Position numbers and translations under genes: made by a program. This document shows positions 1 to 8,442 of a stretch of 64,000 nt of DNA, piece by piece (positions within the stretch are counted from its first letter, which is position 1; every line of letters starts with the position of its first letter). A model generated the notes under the pieces. It ran no database searches and had not been told where the DNA came from. It was given only the letters and a program-made list of their open reading frames with translations. Source of the DNA: an uncultured virus (IMG/VR IMGVR_UViG_3300021197_000193) (taxonomy: Duplodnaviria; Heunggongvirae; Uroviricota; Caudoviricetes); the IMG/VR virus record IMGVR_UViG_3300021197_000193, positions 1 to 64,000 of that record; one strand, written 5' to 3'.

Positions 1-845
1 TTACATACTATTTCTGAGTTGTCCGCGAACTTAGACAACGTATTCCATCCCCACCCATATTTGTTACCGCCAACGGCATCAGATACTTCGTCGCGTATCC
101 GCTTTGCATATTCGTGATCCCTGTAAGGTAGCAACGGATACATGGTGAACGCCCACTCGCGGAACTCAGCAATAGCATCCTTCATTTTGGCTTTGGCTTT
201 CTTATCTACCCGAACCTTGGGCGCAACAGGCACCCCCTTACCACCATCCACAAAAGATATTTTGTCGTCGTCAACACGAAACGTCAGCGCCACACCATCA
301 TCACGGGATGTTAAGTCGTTAGTCCACCGATTTTTCCGTGCATCGTCAGGCAGCGCCCACGCAGCTACCGTGTTACTTTTGGCAAGATAGTATTCCTTGT
401 ACGTGGTGCCGTAACCCAACGATATAAAGTGTTTACCGTTGCGAACGATGAACCGCATACCCTTTGGTAAGTGTCTGTCTAAGAAACTATACCGACCGTT
501 GTGTGCACCTTGACCTGTACCGTTACGCACCTTGATTGTCGTCGTACCATCCCTGTGTCTGCGCCACACGATTGGTGCAAGGTTAATCATTTCTGCTTCG
601 GTTGGTGTACCTGTGTTACCACCGTAACCCCAACCCCTAAACACATCGTCACCAGTGTAATACCCATCTGTCAGCACATAGCAGTTGTTGTTGATCTTTT
701 TGATCCGTTCCTGTTTACGCGCACGGTCACCAAGAGGACGCACGTTGTCGTTCTTGTGTTTACCTCGCAGGGGTTTGATAGCATCGTATACTGCTGCTAC
801 TTTGTCGAAGGACATTAGGTGTCTGTTTTGCCAATATAAGGCCAT
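1..845 (-). CDS. Hypothetical phage protein, partial (runs off window start)
   Basis: Not in ORF track. ATG at 845 preceded by GGAGAAATACA RBS; frame read by eye stays open to position 1 (MALYWQNRHLMSFDKV...). Confidence 0.75.
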   Translation of the reverse strand, partial: MALYWQNRHLMSFDKVAAVYDAIKPLRGKHKNDNVRPLGDRARKQERIKKINNNCYVLTDGYYTGDDVFRGWGYGGNTGTPTEAEMINLAPIVWRRHRDGTTTIKVRNGTGQGAHNGRYSFLDRHLPKGMRFIVRNGKHFISLGYGTTYKEYYLAKSNTVAAWALPDDARKNRWTNDLTSRDDGVALTFRVDDDKISFVDGGKGVPVAPKVRVDKKAKAKMKDAIAEFREWAFTMYPLLPYRDHEYAKRIRDEVSDAVGGNKYGWGWNTLSKFADNSEIVC

Positions 846-891
846 TGTATTTCTCCATTTGTTATGGGGTGACACCACGCCACCCCTTTCA

Positions 892-908
892 TTTAGGGAA
901 GTCCCTAA
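892..908. promoter_or_regulatory. TTTAGGGA-NN-TCCCTAA(A) palindrome, copy 1
   Basis: tttagggaagtccctaa; overlaps stop codon of 905..1681 and lies upstream of the 1..845 RBS. Confidence 0.8.
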
Positions 909-1681
909 TACGTTTTACCCACGTACCACGCAGCGGCTACCAACACCGATACCAGTACCGCAGCAACAAGAACCTTTGGTACGCGAATAATGTATACGTG
1001 CGCATCGGCGTCACGCTGCGCGGCTGTTGAGTTGCCTACAGCAACAGTTGGATTACCTACAGCAGTAGTTTGGTTACCTGTAGCTTTGACGGTCACACTT
1101 GCTTTCTTCTGTGTGACACGTTTTGGCTTGGGCTTTACGTCCACCCGGTCCGGGGAAGGTTCGTCAGCAGGCACAAACGTAAGCCATTTGTTCTTACTTT
1201 TATTATCAAGGTAGCCGTACTTGGTAGGGCCAAACGCGTCAATCAACGCTTCACGATCTGCGCCAATCAGAGTGTCGGGCACAAACCAACACTTACCATC
1301 CCAACGTGCGCCCATCGCCTTGGCATGTTCCTTATTCTCAAATGGCGCATTGTACAGGTAGTGTTTTGGCTTGCCATTGGTTTTAACTTCTTCTTCGTCA
1401 GCTTCAGCAAAAGCCGCGTCAACAATGGTGCCCAATGGCTCGTCACCAAACTCATCGTCACCAAACAAATCGGTAAGATCAAATGGCTTTGCGTCTGTTA
1501 CCACAACAGCTTCTTTTGTACGTTTCACTTGTCCTCTTAACTTGTTTAACTTTACCTCGACAGCTTTAGACGTGCGCCCAAGGCGCAGCCCAATATCCTC
1601 GCGTGGTACTCCTGCCGCTGAAAGGTCTAAGAGTATTTGCATCTCTTTAGCCGACCACGGCTTATTGCTTCTAGTTTCCAT
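905..1681 (-). CDS. GcrA-like HTH + DUF5710-like domain + C-terminal membrane anchor protein
   Basis: N-term WSAKEMQILLDL...IGLRLGRTSKAVEVKLNKL resembles the GcrA HTH; PFENKEHAKAMGARWDGKCWFVP resembles DUF5710; hydrophobic C-terminus VLVAAVLVSVLVAAAWY; RBS AGGAGATGACAA. Confidence 0.6.
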   Translation of the reverse strand: METRSNKPWSAKEMQILLDLSAAGVPREDIGLRLGRTSKAVEVKLNKLRGQVKRTKEAVVVTDAKPFDLTDLFGDDEFGDEPLGTIVDAAFAEADEEEVKTNGKPKHYLYNAPFENKEHAKAMGARWDGKCWFVPDTLIGADREALIDAFGPTKYGYLDNKSKNKWLTFVPADEPSPDRVDVKPKPKRVTQKKASVTVKATGNQTTAVGNPTVAVGNSTAAQRDADAHVYIIRVPKVLVAAVLVSVLVAAAWYVGKTY

Positions 1682-1901
1682 TTGTCATCTCCTTTGGCCT
1701 TGCTTTTGGCCTTATTGTTTTGGACAGTATGTTTGTCCGTTCACATTGAGCCATGCTATCTTTATCGAAAGCATAGATCGGTTCGTAGTATGCAGGTAAC
1801 GCATCACCACATGCTTGCGCACTGGGGAAGATGATACGTGATTGAAGGTATTCCCCTTGGACATGATAACTTAGTATCATTATCGTAAAGTATTCTATCA
1901 C
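1671..1901 (-). CDS. Hypothetical protein with TIRPKARP tail
   Basis: ORF track; GTG start overlaps upstream stop (GTGA); operonic. Confidence 0.7.
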   Translation of the reverse strand: MIEYFTIMILSYHVQGEYLQSRIIFPSAQACGDALPAYYEPIYAFDKDSMAQCERTNILSKTIRPKARPKEMTNGN

Positions 1902-2065
1902 CAGTCAGGTTCTCCATTTTCGTCTAGTGTTGGCATTTTAAAGGTGAAGTCACGCTCCACCTTCGGCTCTGGTTCTTCAGGTTCCAAGGGCACTACGCCT
2001 ATGGCTTTTAGTGCTGCGTCTAAGAACTTAGGTAGAACATCAGACACAGGTTCACCCGTCGTCAC
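1898..2065 (-). CDS. Small acidic hypothetical protein (55 aa)
   Basis: Read by eye: GTG start with GGGGAG RBS, MTTGEPVSDVLPKFLD...ENGEPDW*; fills the gap between neighbours. Confidence 0.6.
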   Translation of the reverse strand: MTTGEPVSDVLPKFLDAALKAIGVVPLEPEEPEPKVERDFTFKMPTLDENGEPDW

Positions 2066-2258
2066 GTTCTATCTCCCCTAGCCCGTTGCAGTTGTCACAC
2101 TCCGCTTGGTATTCTTCCAAGTATCCATACGGATTTGTGAACCCCATTGGCACAGCGCGTTCCATTGTTTGTTCCCCTGTACCTTTGCACTCAGGGCAAA
2201 CAATGAACGGATTATCCACAAACAAGTTTTTCAATGTAGACGCCCCTTTTGCACACAA
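2052..2258 (-). CDS. DnaJ-type zinc-finger protein
   Basis: CPECKGTG and CDNCNGLG (CxxCxGxG) motifs; true start may be TTG at 2234. Confidence 0.7.
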   Translation of the reverse strand: MCAKGASTLKNLFVDNPFIVCPECKGTGEQTMERAVPMGFTNPYGYLEEYQAECDNCNGLGEIERDDG

Positions 2259-2521
2259 CGCGCCAAGAATTTCTCCGCGTCCTTCGCCGCTTCAACGGCT
2301 TCGTTTTCTTCGTGCGCATCTGCAAATATGTCAGAGCCATGGTCTTGCATAAACGTACCCAAGACATCCATCATGCACAGAAGCATAGATGCTTTGGTTT
2401 GCGTGTTTGCTTCTGTGAACCCATCCATAAACTCCACAGTGACAGATACTTCTTCACCGCCTTGGCTACGGGTTTTAATGTCCGCGTACAGTTCAATTAT
2501 CTTTACCTTCTTGGCCATCAC
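2231..2521 (-). CDS. Hypothetical protein
   Basis: ORF track; overlaps neighbours in operon fashion. Confidence 0.65.
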   Translation of the reverse strand: MMAKKVKIIELYADIKTRSQGGEEVSVTVEFMDGFTEANTQTKASMLLCMMDVLGTFMQDHGSDIFADAHEENEAVEAAKDAEKFLARCVQKGRLH

Positions 2522-2667
2522 TTACCCTTTCGTTTCATTGCAGTCATAGCTCGCCTGTCGTTACGGTTAAGAGGTTTTGACATATCCATGTCAGCCAACC
2601 TACGTTTCTGGCGTAAAGAGTTCGGCTTCGGCTTCGGGCCTCGTCCCTTTTTGTTAAGGTTTGCCAT
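2518..2667 (-). CDS. Small basic hypothetical protein (49 aa)
   Basis: Read by eye: MANLNKKGRGPKPKPNSLRQKRR...KRKGK*; TAATG coupling to the upstream gene. Confidence 0.6.
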   Translation of the reverse strand: MANLNKKGRGPKPKPNSLRQKRRLADMDMSKPLNRNDRRAMTAMKRKGK

Positions 2668-3896
2668 TATAAATCCTCCGATTGTACATGCACCGTCACA
2701 CCGTGATCGGGCTTGGCGTTCTTGTTATCCACGATCACCCACAGCACAGGATGATCCCACGTACCCCAACCATTGTAGAGGTAGCCATCTGTAAACACGA
2801 TAGAGGCTTGCGGCTTGATGTTATGCTCGCGCATATACTCAGGCACACAACACACATCAGTGCCGCCACCACCCACAGGGTTCGTCTTGGATGCCACGGT
2901 ATCCAGTTCGTCGTTGGTATACTTCTCATACCCACAGACTTTCGTGTCCCAATAACTTACGTGCAATTCTTCGGGCTTGACCGCTTCACAGATACCAACC
3001 AACTCGCTAATCATTATCTGCTGTTCACGTTTACCGATAGAGCCAGACATATCGTTGTGTTCTGCAATGCACGTAACTTGTTCTGAGATACCGCTAGGCA
3101 TGTAGATACCAGTTCCTATGTAACGCCTGTTAGGTTTCTTCCACGTCGAGTAATCTTTACCTGCGCACGTTGTTTGCACAAACTCACGCAGCACCTCGCG
3201 CCAATCCACCTTGGGCTTCAGCAATTCTTCCATGTCACGATTGCCACCGCTGCCCATTTTACCTGCAACCAGTGAGCCTTGACGTATGGCCTCGTCCACC
3301 TCGCGTTGTATCTCACGCTGCTCGTCGGGCGTCATGTCTTGTGCGCCTTCCCAATCGTGATCGTCGAACCCTTGGGGATGTCCATCGTCACACTCTGGAC
3401 ATACATCTTCACACATACACTTGCCACGGCCACCGCCGCCGCCATCTTCTTCTTTGTAGATATCCCAGAAGATTTTAGCTGTACCCCACCCCTTGTACTT
3501 GGGGTCATAGCATCCACCCTTGGGCATCGTGACCCAACCATCTTGGCCATACTCGTCAATGATCTTGCCATTGATATCGTAGTCCATTGCGATGTTGGCA
3601 GTGCGCGGACATATCTTCCACAGGTGTGCCCACGTTACCAAGTGACGATACATCTTGTGAAACACCTCATGTATCACGACGAACCGTAGCTCTGGATCGT
3701 TATGTGCAAACACGAACCCTCTACCGTACCATTCGTCACGTCCGTTGGTACAGGCTGTTGGCACCGTGTCATCAATCGTACGTTCACCGATCATCAGCAA
3801 CCCCGATATCTCAGGGATGCGTGGCATGATATCAACGACCGCTTTGGACAGCCGTTGTTCTTCCGTTAGTTGTTTACCTATTGCTAACATTGTCAT
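2667..3896 (-). CDS. DUF2201-type metallopeptidase / vWA-like protein
   Basis: PTACTNG, HEVFH (HExxH), NIAMDYDIN, MIDAS-like DMSGS, GGGGTD, FTDGY; adjacent to an AAA ATPase. Confidence 0.85.
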   Translation of the reverse strand: MTMLAIGKQLTEEQRLSKAVVDIMPRIPEISGLLMIGERTIDDTVPTACTNGRDEWYGRGFVFAHNDPELRFVVIHEVFHKMYRHLVTWAHLWKICPRTANIAMDYDINGKIIDEYGQDGWVTMPKGGCYDPKYKGWGTAKIFWDIYKEEDGGGGGRGKCMCEDVCPECDDGHPQGFDDHDWEGAQDMTPDEQREIQREVDEAIRQGSLVAGKMGSGGNRDMEELLKPKVDWREVLREFVQTTCAGKDYSTWKKPNRRYIGTGIYMPSGISEQVTCIAEHNDMSGSIGKREQQIMISELVGICEAVKPEELHVSYWDTKVCGYEKYTNDELDTVASKTNPVGGGGTDVCCVPEYMREHNIKPQASIVFTDGYLYNGWGTWDHPVLWVIVDNKNAKPDHGVTVHVQSEDL

Positions 3897-3902
3897 TCTC
3901 CA

Positions 3903-3919
3903 TTTAGGGAGTTCCCTAA
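3903..3919. promoter_or_regulatory. Palindrome copy 2
   Basis: tttagggagttccctaa directly upstream (minus strand) of GGAGAATGACAATG. Confidence 0.85.
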
Positions 3920-5020
3920 TTAAGTTTTATCCGCTGCGAACATGTAGTTGTTCTGCATTGCCCATGTGGTGAACTTCTTGTTCTTCATCACCATTGACTG
4001 CTTGCTGTACTTGGGCGCACGTACACCATTGGCGAACATACCCTGTGCCTCGGTGTCCAAACGTGGCATGTAGTCCATCCACGCGTTGAGCCAGTCACCT
4101 TCGATAGATGCAAGCGTACGATAGACAACCATACAGATAGCCGCAGCACTGTCAGGCACCTTGGCGTTCTTCGGATCGTCCTTGATAGATTGTAGGCTTG
4201 GCAGTTGATCCGACAGTTTGACAAACGCCATCAAGTCCATAGCACCACGATCACCAATAGTACCCATCAGCGCGGCAGTGAGTGTCTGATCGTCAAACGC
4301 ATGACGTTGCTGTAAGATATCAGACGCAGAGTGCAACGAACGCGGTGTCACAAACGCAGCGCGTAGCGGCCCTGCCAATGGATGGAATATGTATGGGTTC
4401 TCGTCGGGGTCTTTCACATCTTCAAACGAATAGAACAGTTGGGGGTTATCTTTACACCAACCAAGTAGGGTGTGGTCAATACCATTGTTGATACCCCATT
4501 CGATCCATTCCATGTTAGTAGACTTGCGAACCTGTACCACGGTCATGCGGTTACGCGCGTGTGGTGGTAACATGTCACCCACACCCTCAGACCCTTTGTT
4601 GGTTGTCGCATACACAATGCTATCAGGGTGCAGCGTGTAGCTGCCGATCTTACGCTCCAGTATCAAGCGTAGCAGTGCAAGTTTAACGGATGGGTTAGCC
4701 TTACCGAACTCGTCAATCATAATGATGACAGGCCCATCTGTGTGCAGCCCCAATTCTTCGTTGGTGACGTAGCGAACGAACTTACTGTTCTCGTCAATCT
4801 CCATAATCATTGGGATCATAATGTCGCCAAGGTCAAGGCTCGTACAGTCTACATAGAACATCCTATGGTTAGGCTTCAGTTTACCCAACTCAGGCAGTGT
4901 GGATGATTTACCGTTACCGATGTCACCCTGCATGAGGACGGTACGTTCGTGGCCGATGGCTCCGATCAGTGTTATACATTGGTCAAGGCTCAGTGCGTAC
5001 ATTTGTTGTGCGTTATTCAT
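3920..5020 (-). CDS. MoxR/AAA_5-type ATPase
   Basis: Walker A GDIGNGKS, Walker B IMIDE, sensor ATTN, NRM arginine finger, TPRS sensor II. Confidence 0.85.
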   Translation of the reverse strand: MNNAQQMYALSLDQCITLIGAIGHERTVLMQGDIGNGKSSTLPELGKLKPNHRMFYVDCTSLDLGDIMIPMIMEIDENSKFVRYVTNEELGLHTDGPVIIMIDEFGKANPSVKLALLRLILERKIGSYTLHPDSIVYATTNKGSEGVGDMLPPHARNRMTVVQVRKSTNMEWIEWGINNGIDHTLLGWCKDNPQLFYSFEDVKDPDENPYIFHPLAGPLRAAFVTPRSLHSASDILQQRHAFDDQTLTAALMGTIGDRGAMDLMAFVKLSDQLPSLQSIKDDPKNAKVPDSAAAICMVVYRTLASIEGDWLNAWMDYMPRLDTEAQGMFANGVRAPKYSKQSMVMKNKKFTTWAMQNNYMFAADKT

Positions 5021-5038
5021 TTGTCATTCTCCAGTTTG

Positions 5039-5056
5039 TTTAGGGACTTCCCTAAA
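5039..5056. promoter_or_regulatory. Palindrome copy 3
   Basis: tttagggacttccctaaa upstream of the AAA gene RBS. Confidence 0.85.
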
Positions 5057-5064
5057 TGGTTAAG

Positions 5065-5160
5065 TTAAATCCAGTTTAGTGATACGGATATCATCCATAC
5101 CAGAACCACCGCGACGATCACCGCCGCAATAGTCCAGTCTTGCCAATCACCCCAGTCCAC
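5065..5160 (-). CDS. 31-aa single-pass membrane peptide
   Basis: Read by eye: MDWGDWQDWTIAAVIVAVVLVWMISVSLNWI*; TAGTG coupling with the upstream stop. Confidence 0.55.
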   Translation of the reverse strand: MDWGDWQDWTIAAVIVAVVLVWMISVSLNWI

Positions 5161-6134
5161 TACATATCCAGACTTGGTAGGGCAGCGATAGCTGCGGTGA
5201 TTTTTGTGCGTGTCTCTTCACGCAGTGTCGGGCTGTTCTTGATCTGATCTAGGTTCAAGCTGCGTTCACCCGACACATGAAACGCTTGTTCCAATCGTTG
5301 GCGCATGGCCTCCATCTGGCTATCTTGTGTCACGTTACATGTACGCAACATCTCGGTCAGCTCGATAGCGCGGTCAAACACTGTGTCAAACAAACGATTG
5401 CCCTTGCCTTCCTCGTTCACGTCGAGTTGTCGCGCAAGCGTGGTCAGATTGTCATGCAGCTTTTGCCATATGTCATTCATCGCGGTCTTGATGGCTTGCG
5501 TGTAGTGTGTTTCATATTGGGTTCGCAGTGTGACCATAGCCTCGTTGCCAATGTCAATACGAAAGTCACCGCTATCAGGCAGAGGCACGTAGGATACACG
5601 GAACCCGAACTTGTCACGCAGACTGTCGCGCGTTGGATACTCGTCACGGTGAAACATAGCACCTAGCTTGGCTTGGGCGTCCATGATCTTCCACTCGTAC
5701 ACGTTCAGGAACTCGTCCACCAACCGCTCGAACTCATACTGTAGGTCGGTCATAACTTCGTGATACTTGAAATACTGCATGGTGGTCAGCAGTCGGGAGC
5801 CGTTGTCTGACCATGGCATAGTCATACCATAGTGTAGGTTACGTGTGTTACCTGCGAACTTCTGGACGGCGCGTAGCTCGTCGCAGTCACCTAGTAAGTT
5901 CTTAGTCACATTGGCCACGCCCTTGTCCGCGGCGTTCATGTTGGTGACATCATCCGATGCCTTGCGGTCTTTCTTACGTGCAGTCCATACGGACGCGTTG
6001 AAGTCCACGGTCATTGCCGCTGAACTGATTGACGGTGCTTGGGCAACGCAGTCGCCAACGCCATTCCAATAATCTTTTGCCATTGTCTCTGCGTCTTGCA
6101 GTAATTCGTTGTTAATCTCGTGATCCATGTTCAT
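5160..6134 (-). CDS. Conserved phage protein (possibly DUF3150-like) linked to the AAA/vWA pair
   Basis: 324-aa ORF, RBS GGAGAAAGACA; family assignment tentative, from gene context. Confidence 0.6.
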   Translation of the reverse strand: MNMDHEINNELLQDAETMAKDYWNGVGDCVAQAPSISSAAMTVDFNASVWTARKKDRKASDDVTNMNAADKGVANVTKNLLGDCDELRAVQKFAGNTRNLHYGMTMPWSDNGSRLLTTMQYFKYHEVMTDLQYEFERLVDEFLNVYEWKIMDAQAKLGAMFHRDEYPTRDSLRDKFGFRVSYVPLPDSGDFRIDIGNEAMVTLRTQYETHYTQAIKTAMNDIWQKLHDNLTTLARQLDVNEEGKGNRLFDTVFDRAIELTEMLRTCNVTQDSQMEAMRQRLEQAFHVSGERSLNLDQIKNSPTLREETRTKITAAIAALPSLDM

Positions 6135-6151
6135 TGTCTTTCTCCAGTTTG

Positions 6152-6169
6152 TTTAGGGAGTTCCCTAAA
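6152..6169. promoter_or_regulatory. Palindrome copy 4
   Basis: tttagggagttccctaaa; flanks match copy 3 (ctccagtttg...tggtt). Confidence 0.85.
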
Positions 6170-6178
6170 TGGTTTAGG

Positions 6179-6442
6179 TTAGTCATTCTTAGCGTCTTCG
6201 ATAAGTCTTACGATATGTTCAAACGCTGCCCACGCGTCACAGCATGAGCACCCGCAGTCTTCACCGTCTGCGGATATTTCCAAATCCTTGCGGATGTCAC
6301 CAGAGCCGTGCTCGCTCCACGCCTCATAACAAGGCTCACCCACATAACTTGTAAGGAACATCTTTACGACACGTAGCGCGGCCTCCGATTTATGTGCCAA
6401 CTTCGCTTCGCGTGTAGTACCATGTTGGTTTGATCCCGACAT
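6179..6442 (-). CDS. Hypothetical protein (Cys-rich)
   Basis: ORF track, operonic; CGCSCC. Confidence 0.6.
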   Translation of the reverse strand: MSGSNQHGTTREAKLAHKSEAALRVVKMFLTSYVGEPCYEAWSEHGSGDIRKDLEISADGEDCGCSCCDAWAAFEHIVRLIEDAKND

Positions 6443-6443
6443 A

Positions 6444-6644
6444 TCACCGCACCTTTTGATTTAGGTGCAGCAAGTCGTCCTTGCGTGTTACGAGCGTGTA
6501 GCCTTGCTTGGGCAGCGGTACTGTGCACCAACTGGCACGTTGCTCTGCGGCTACCAAGTCACCGCAATTTAGGCATACGTTGTATCCAAGCGCGCGGCGC
6601 TTGACTGGGAATAGTTCCCCGCATGATTGACATTCTGCTGACAT
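6444..6644 (-). CDS. C4 zinc-finger protein
   Basis: CQSC...RRALGYNVCLNC; RBS GGAGG. Confidence 0.7.
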   Translation of the reverse strand: MSAECQSCGELFPVKRRALGYNVCLNCGDLVAAEQRASWCTVPLPKQGYTLVTRKDDLLHLNQKVR

Positions 6645-6662
6645 GTTTTGTCCTCCGGTGTA

Positions 6663-6680
6663 TTTAGGGAGTTCCCTAAA
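6663..6680. promoter_or_regulatory. Palindrome copy 5
   Basis: tttagggagttccctaaa between the promoter at 6746-6774 and the first RBS. Confidence 0.85.
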
Positions 6681-6745
6681 TGGTTAGTGTGATACGCGAG
6701 ACACACGGGTGCCTCGGTAGCTAACTGCGCGCTAACTACTCTGTA

Positions 6746-6774
6746 GTTATATCACAAGTAGCGAGAAATGTCAA
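6746..6774 (-). promoter_or_regulatory. Sigma70-like early promoter
   Basis: Minus strand TTGACA-N17-TATAAC with extended TG. Confidence 0.75.
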
Positions 6775-6843
6775 TAGGTATCAGAAACTATCGTGTGGGG
6801 GGTATTTGTATCATGTGACACCATGTGACGTTGTGGGTAGCTG

Positions 6844-7081
6844 TAAGTCACTGATGTTAAACGAATGTTCCGATGTTCCAATGTTCCGTAAGGGATATGT
6901 CTAGATTTATGAAGTGGTTTTTACGCCCACGACCCCTTCTTACCCCTCCCAATAAAATCTATATATATACTCTTCTAAAAACGGAACAACGGAACATTTG
7001 TTTGTTTTCAAGCACTTAACTGCCATATGCTACGGAACATGGACGGAACATACGGAACATTCGTTTGTTTTCAATGACTTA
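6844..7081. other. Putative replication origin (iterons flanking an AT-rich core)
   Basis: Three TGTTCC (6866-6887) and five GGAACA (6983-7059) in opposite orientations around ATATATATA; IHF-like TTTCAAnnnnTTA at 7006-7018 and 7069-7081; non-coding. Confidence 0.6.
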
Positions 7082-7089
7082 GCATTTGC

Positions 7090-7264
7090 GTGACGCGAGG
7101 CGCTGATGGGATACTGGTATCAGATCATTTAGGGAGTTCCCTAAACGTGGGGGGCTATGCGCTAACCCCAACGTCACATAACATTCTATGGCGATGCGTG
7201 GCGCTACTGGGATACTGGTATCAATCTGCGGTGACGCGTAACGCTACTGGGATACTGGTATCAA
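7090..7264 (+). repeat. Three ~33-bp direct repeats with GATAC-TG-GTATC core
   Basis: Copies at 7090-7122, 7191-7224 and 7231-7264 (G[TC]GA[CT]GCG..CGCT...GGGATACTGGTATCA). Confidence 0.85.
7128..7145. promoter_or_regulatory. Palindrome copy 6
   Basis: tttagggagttccctaaa, intergenic, between repeat units 1 and 2. Confidence 0.85.
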
Positions 7265-7270
7265 TGGGCA

Positions 7271-7301
7271 TAAAAAAATGGGGAAACCTTTCGGCTTCCC
7301 C
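7271..7301 (-). terminator. Rho-independent terminator
   Basis: Minus strand GGGGAAGCC-GAAA-GGTTTCCCC followed by ATTTTTTT, just after the stop at 7309. Confidence 0.8.
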
Positions 7302-7308
7302 TGAGATG

Positions 7309-7539
7309 TTACAAGAAGTAGTCTTCCATGTCGTCGTCTTCATAGCCTGCCCACTCTGCCATGAGGCGGACATCGCGGTTATGTTTTGCCTTATCGACTA
7401 TTTTGCCAACAATGCCGCCAACAGGTTGCCATGGGTCTGGCGTGGGTTCAAGATTGGCAAACACGTTGTTTGTCCGCGCCTCATCTAGTGCACGATCAAT
7501 TGTTTTTTGATCGTATGTATATGCTCGAGTTCTAGTCAT
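7309..7539 (-). CDS. Hypothetical protein
   Basis: ATG 7539 with GGAGG RBS (ORF track start 7572 probably too long). Confidence 0.7.
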   Translation of the reverse strand: MTRTRAYTYDQKTIDRALDEARTNNVFANLEPTPDPWQPVGGIVGKIVDKAKHNRDVRLMAEWAGYEDDDMEDYFL

Positions 7540-7589
7540 TTGGTTTCCTCCAAGGTTAATTGGGGCAGACAATGCCTGCCCCTGATATG

Positions 7590-8129
7590 TTATCGTTTGA
7601 TTGACAGTGTATCGAATACTGTCAAAACCGCTTTGCGCGTAGGCTTGTAATTTTTGCCTAATTCTGACTCATTCTTTTCAACCCAATTCTTAAGATTGTT
7701 TATGAGCTGGTCGCGCATCTGGATCGACGTTAGCTTGTCGGCCTTTTTGACCTCGGCCTTGCCGTCTGTCACTTGCGTGATCTTGTTTAACTTGCCGCCA
7801 GTATCAGCAAACAGTTTTGGTGCTTGGCGGCGCATCAAGGCGTCTTTAAGATCGGCTATAGTAGAACCAATGTCGGTGCTTTCATGGGCACGCTTCTTAG
7901 TTTTAAGAATGTCACCAAACAATGCTTTTAATTCATCATAACCCTCTTTGGTTGCGGTTGATTTACCGCTTTCAAGGTTATTTTTGGTAGGCGCAACGGC
8001 ATCTGTCCATCGCATATGCTTTGATACGCTGTCGACGTGCGTTTCAAACTTAGTCTCGCCATTTAGCTTGGCATACCAAGCTTCTTTGATTGAGGCCAGA
8101 GCAAGCACATTATTAAGAACATTAGACAT
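7590..8129 (-). CDS. Hypothetical early protein
   Basis: ATG 8129 (MSNVLNN) with AAGGG RBS; lysine-rich. Confidence 0.7.
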   Translation of the reverse strand: MSNVLNNVLALASIKEAWYAKLNGETKFETHVDSVSKHMRWTDAVAPTKNNLESGKSTATKEGYDELKALFGDILKTKKRAHESTDIGSTIADLKDALMRRQAPKLFADTGGKLNKITQVTDGKAEVKKADKLTSIQMRDQLINNLKNWVEKNESELGKNYKPTRKAVLTVFDTLSIKR

Positions 8130-8261
8130 GTTATATCCCTTCAAGATATACGGCGCGAAACCCATTGCTTCGCTGTCCCGATAAAACACTTATGCCATGG
8201 TGTAACGTGTTACACAATAGATAGAACCGCACCGGATGGCACTGGATGTTATCAGATGTCA

Positions 8262-8279
8262 TTTAGGGACTTCCCTAAA
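8262..8279. promoter_or_regulatory. Palindrome copy 7
   Basis: tttagggacttccctaaa in the divergent early/late intergenic region. Confidence 0.85.
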
Positions 8280-8413
8280 TAGGCTATAGCGCAGCACCAC
8301 CCCCCTACCACCCCCCGCGCTGTTCTATGGGACTCCACATACACATATACATACTATTACAGACGAATTTATGGCACATTTTTGAAAACCCCCCACCCCT
8401 TTTTCCAAAACCC

Positions 8414-8442
8414 TTGTCAAAAAATTTTTTGTAACCTATTAT
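8414..8442 (+). promoter_or_regulatory. Sigma70-like promoter for the packaging/virion operon
   Basis: TTGTCA-N17-TATTAT, 31 nt upstream of the terS ATG. Confidence 0.7.

Noticed and set aside
7090..7264. 33-bp repeats as a mini-CRISPR array
   Set aside because: Spacers are 68 and 6 nt and the repeats are degenerate at their 5' ends; no regular repeat-spacer period.
892..8279. Palindrome copies as a CRISPR array
   Set aside because: Spacing is hundreds to thousands of bp and contains whole genes; no cas operon.
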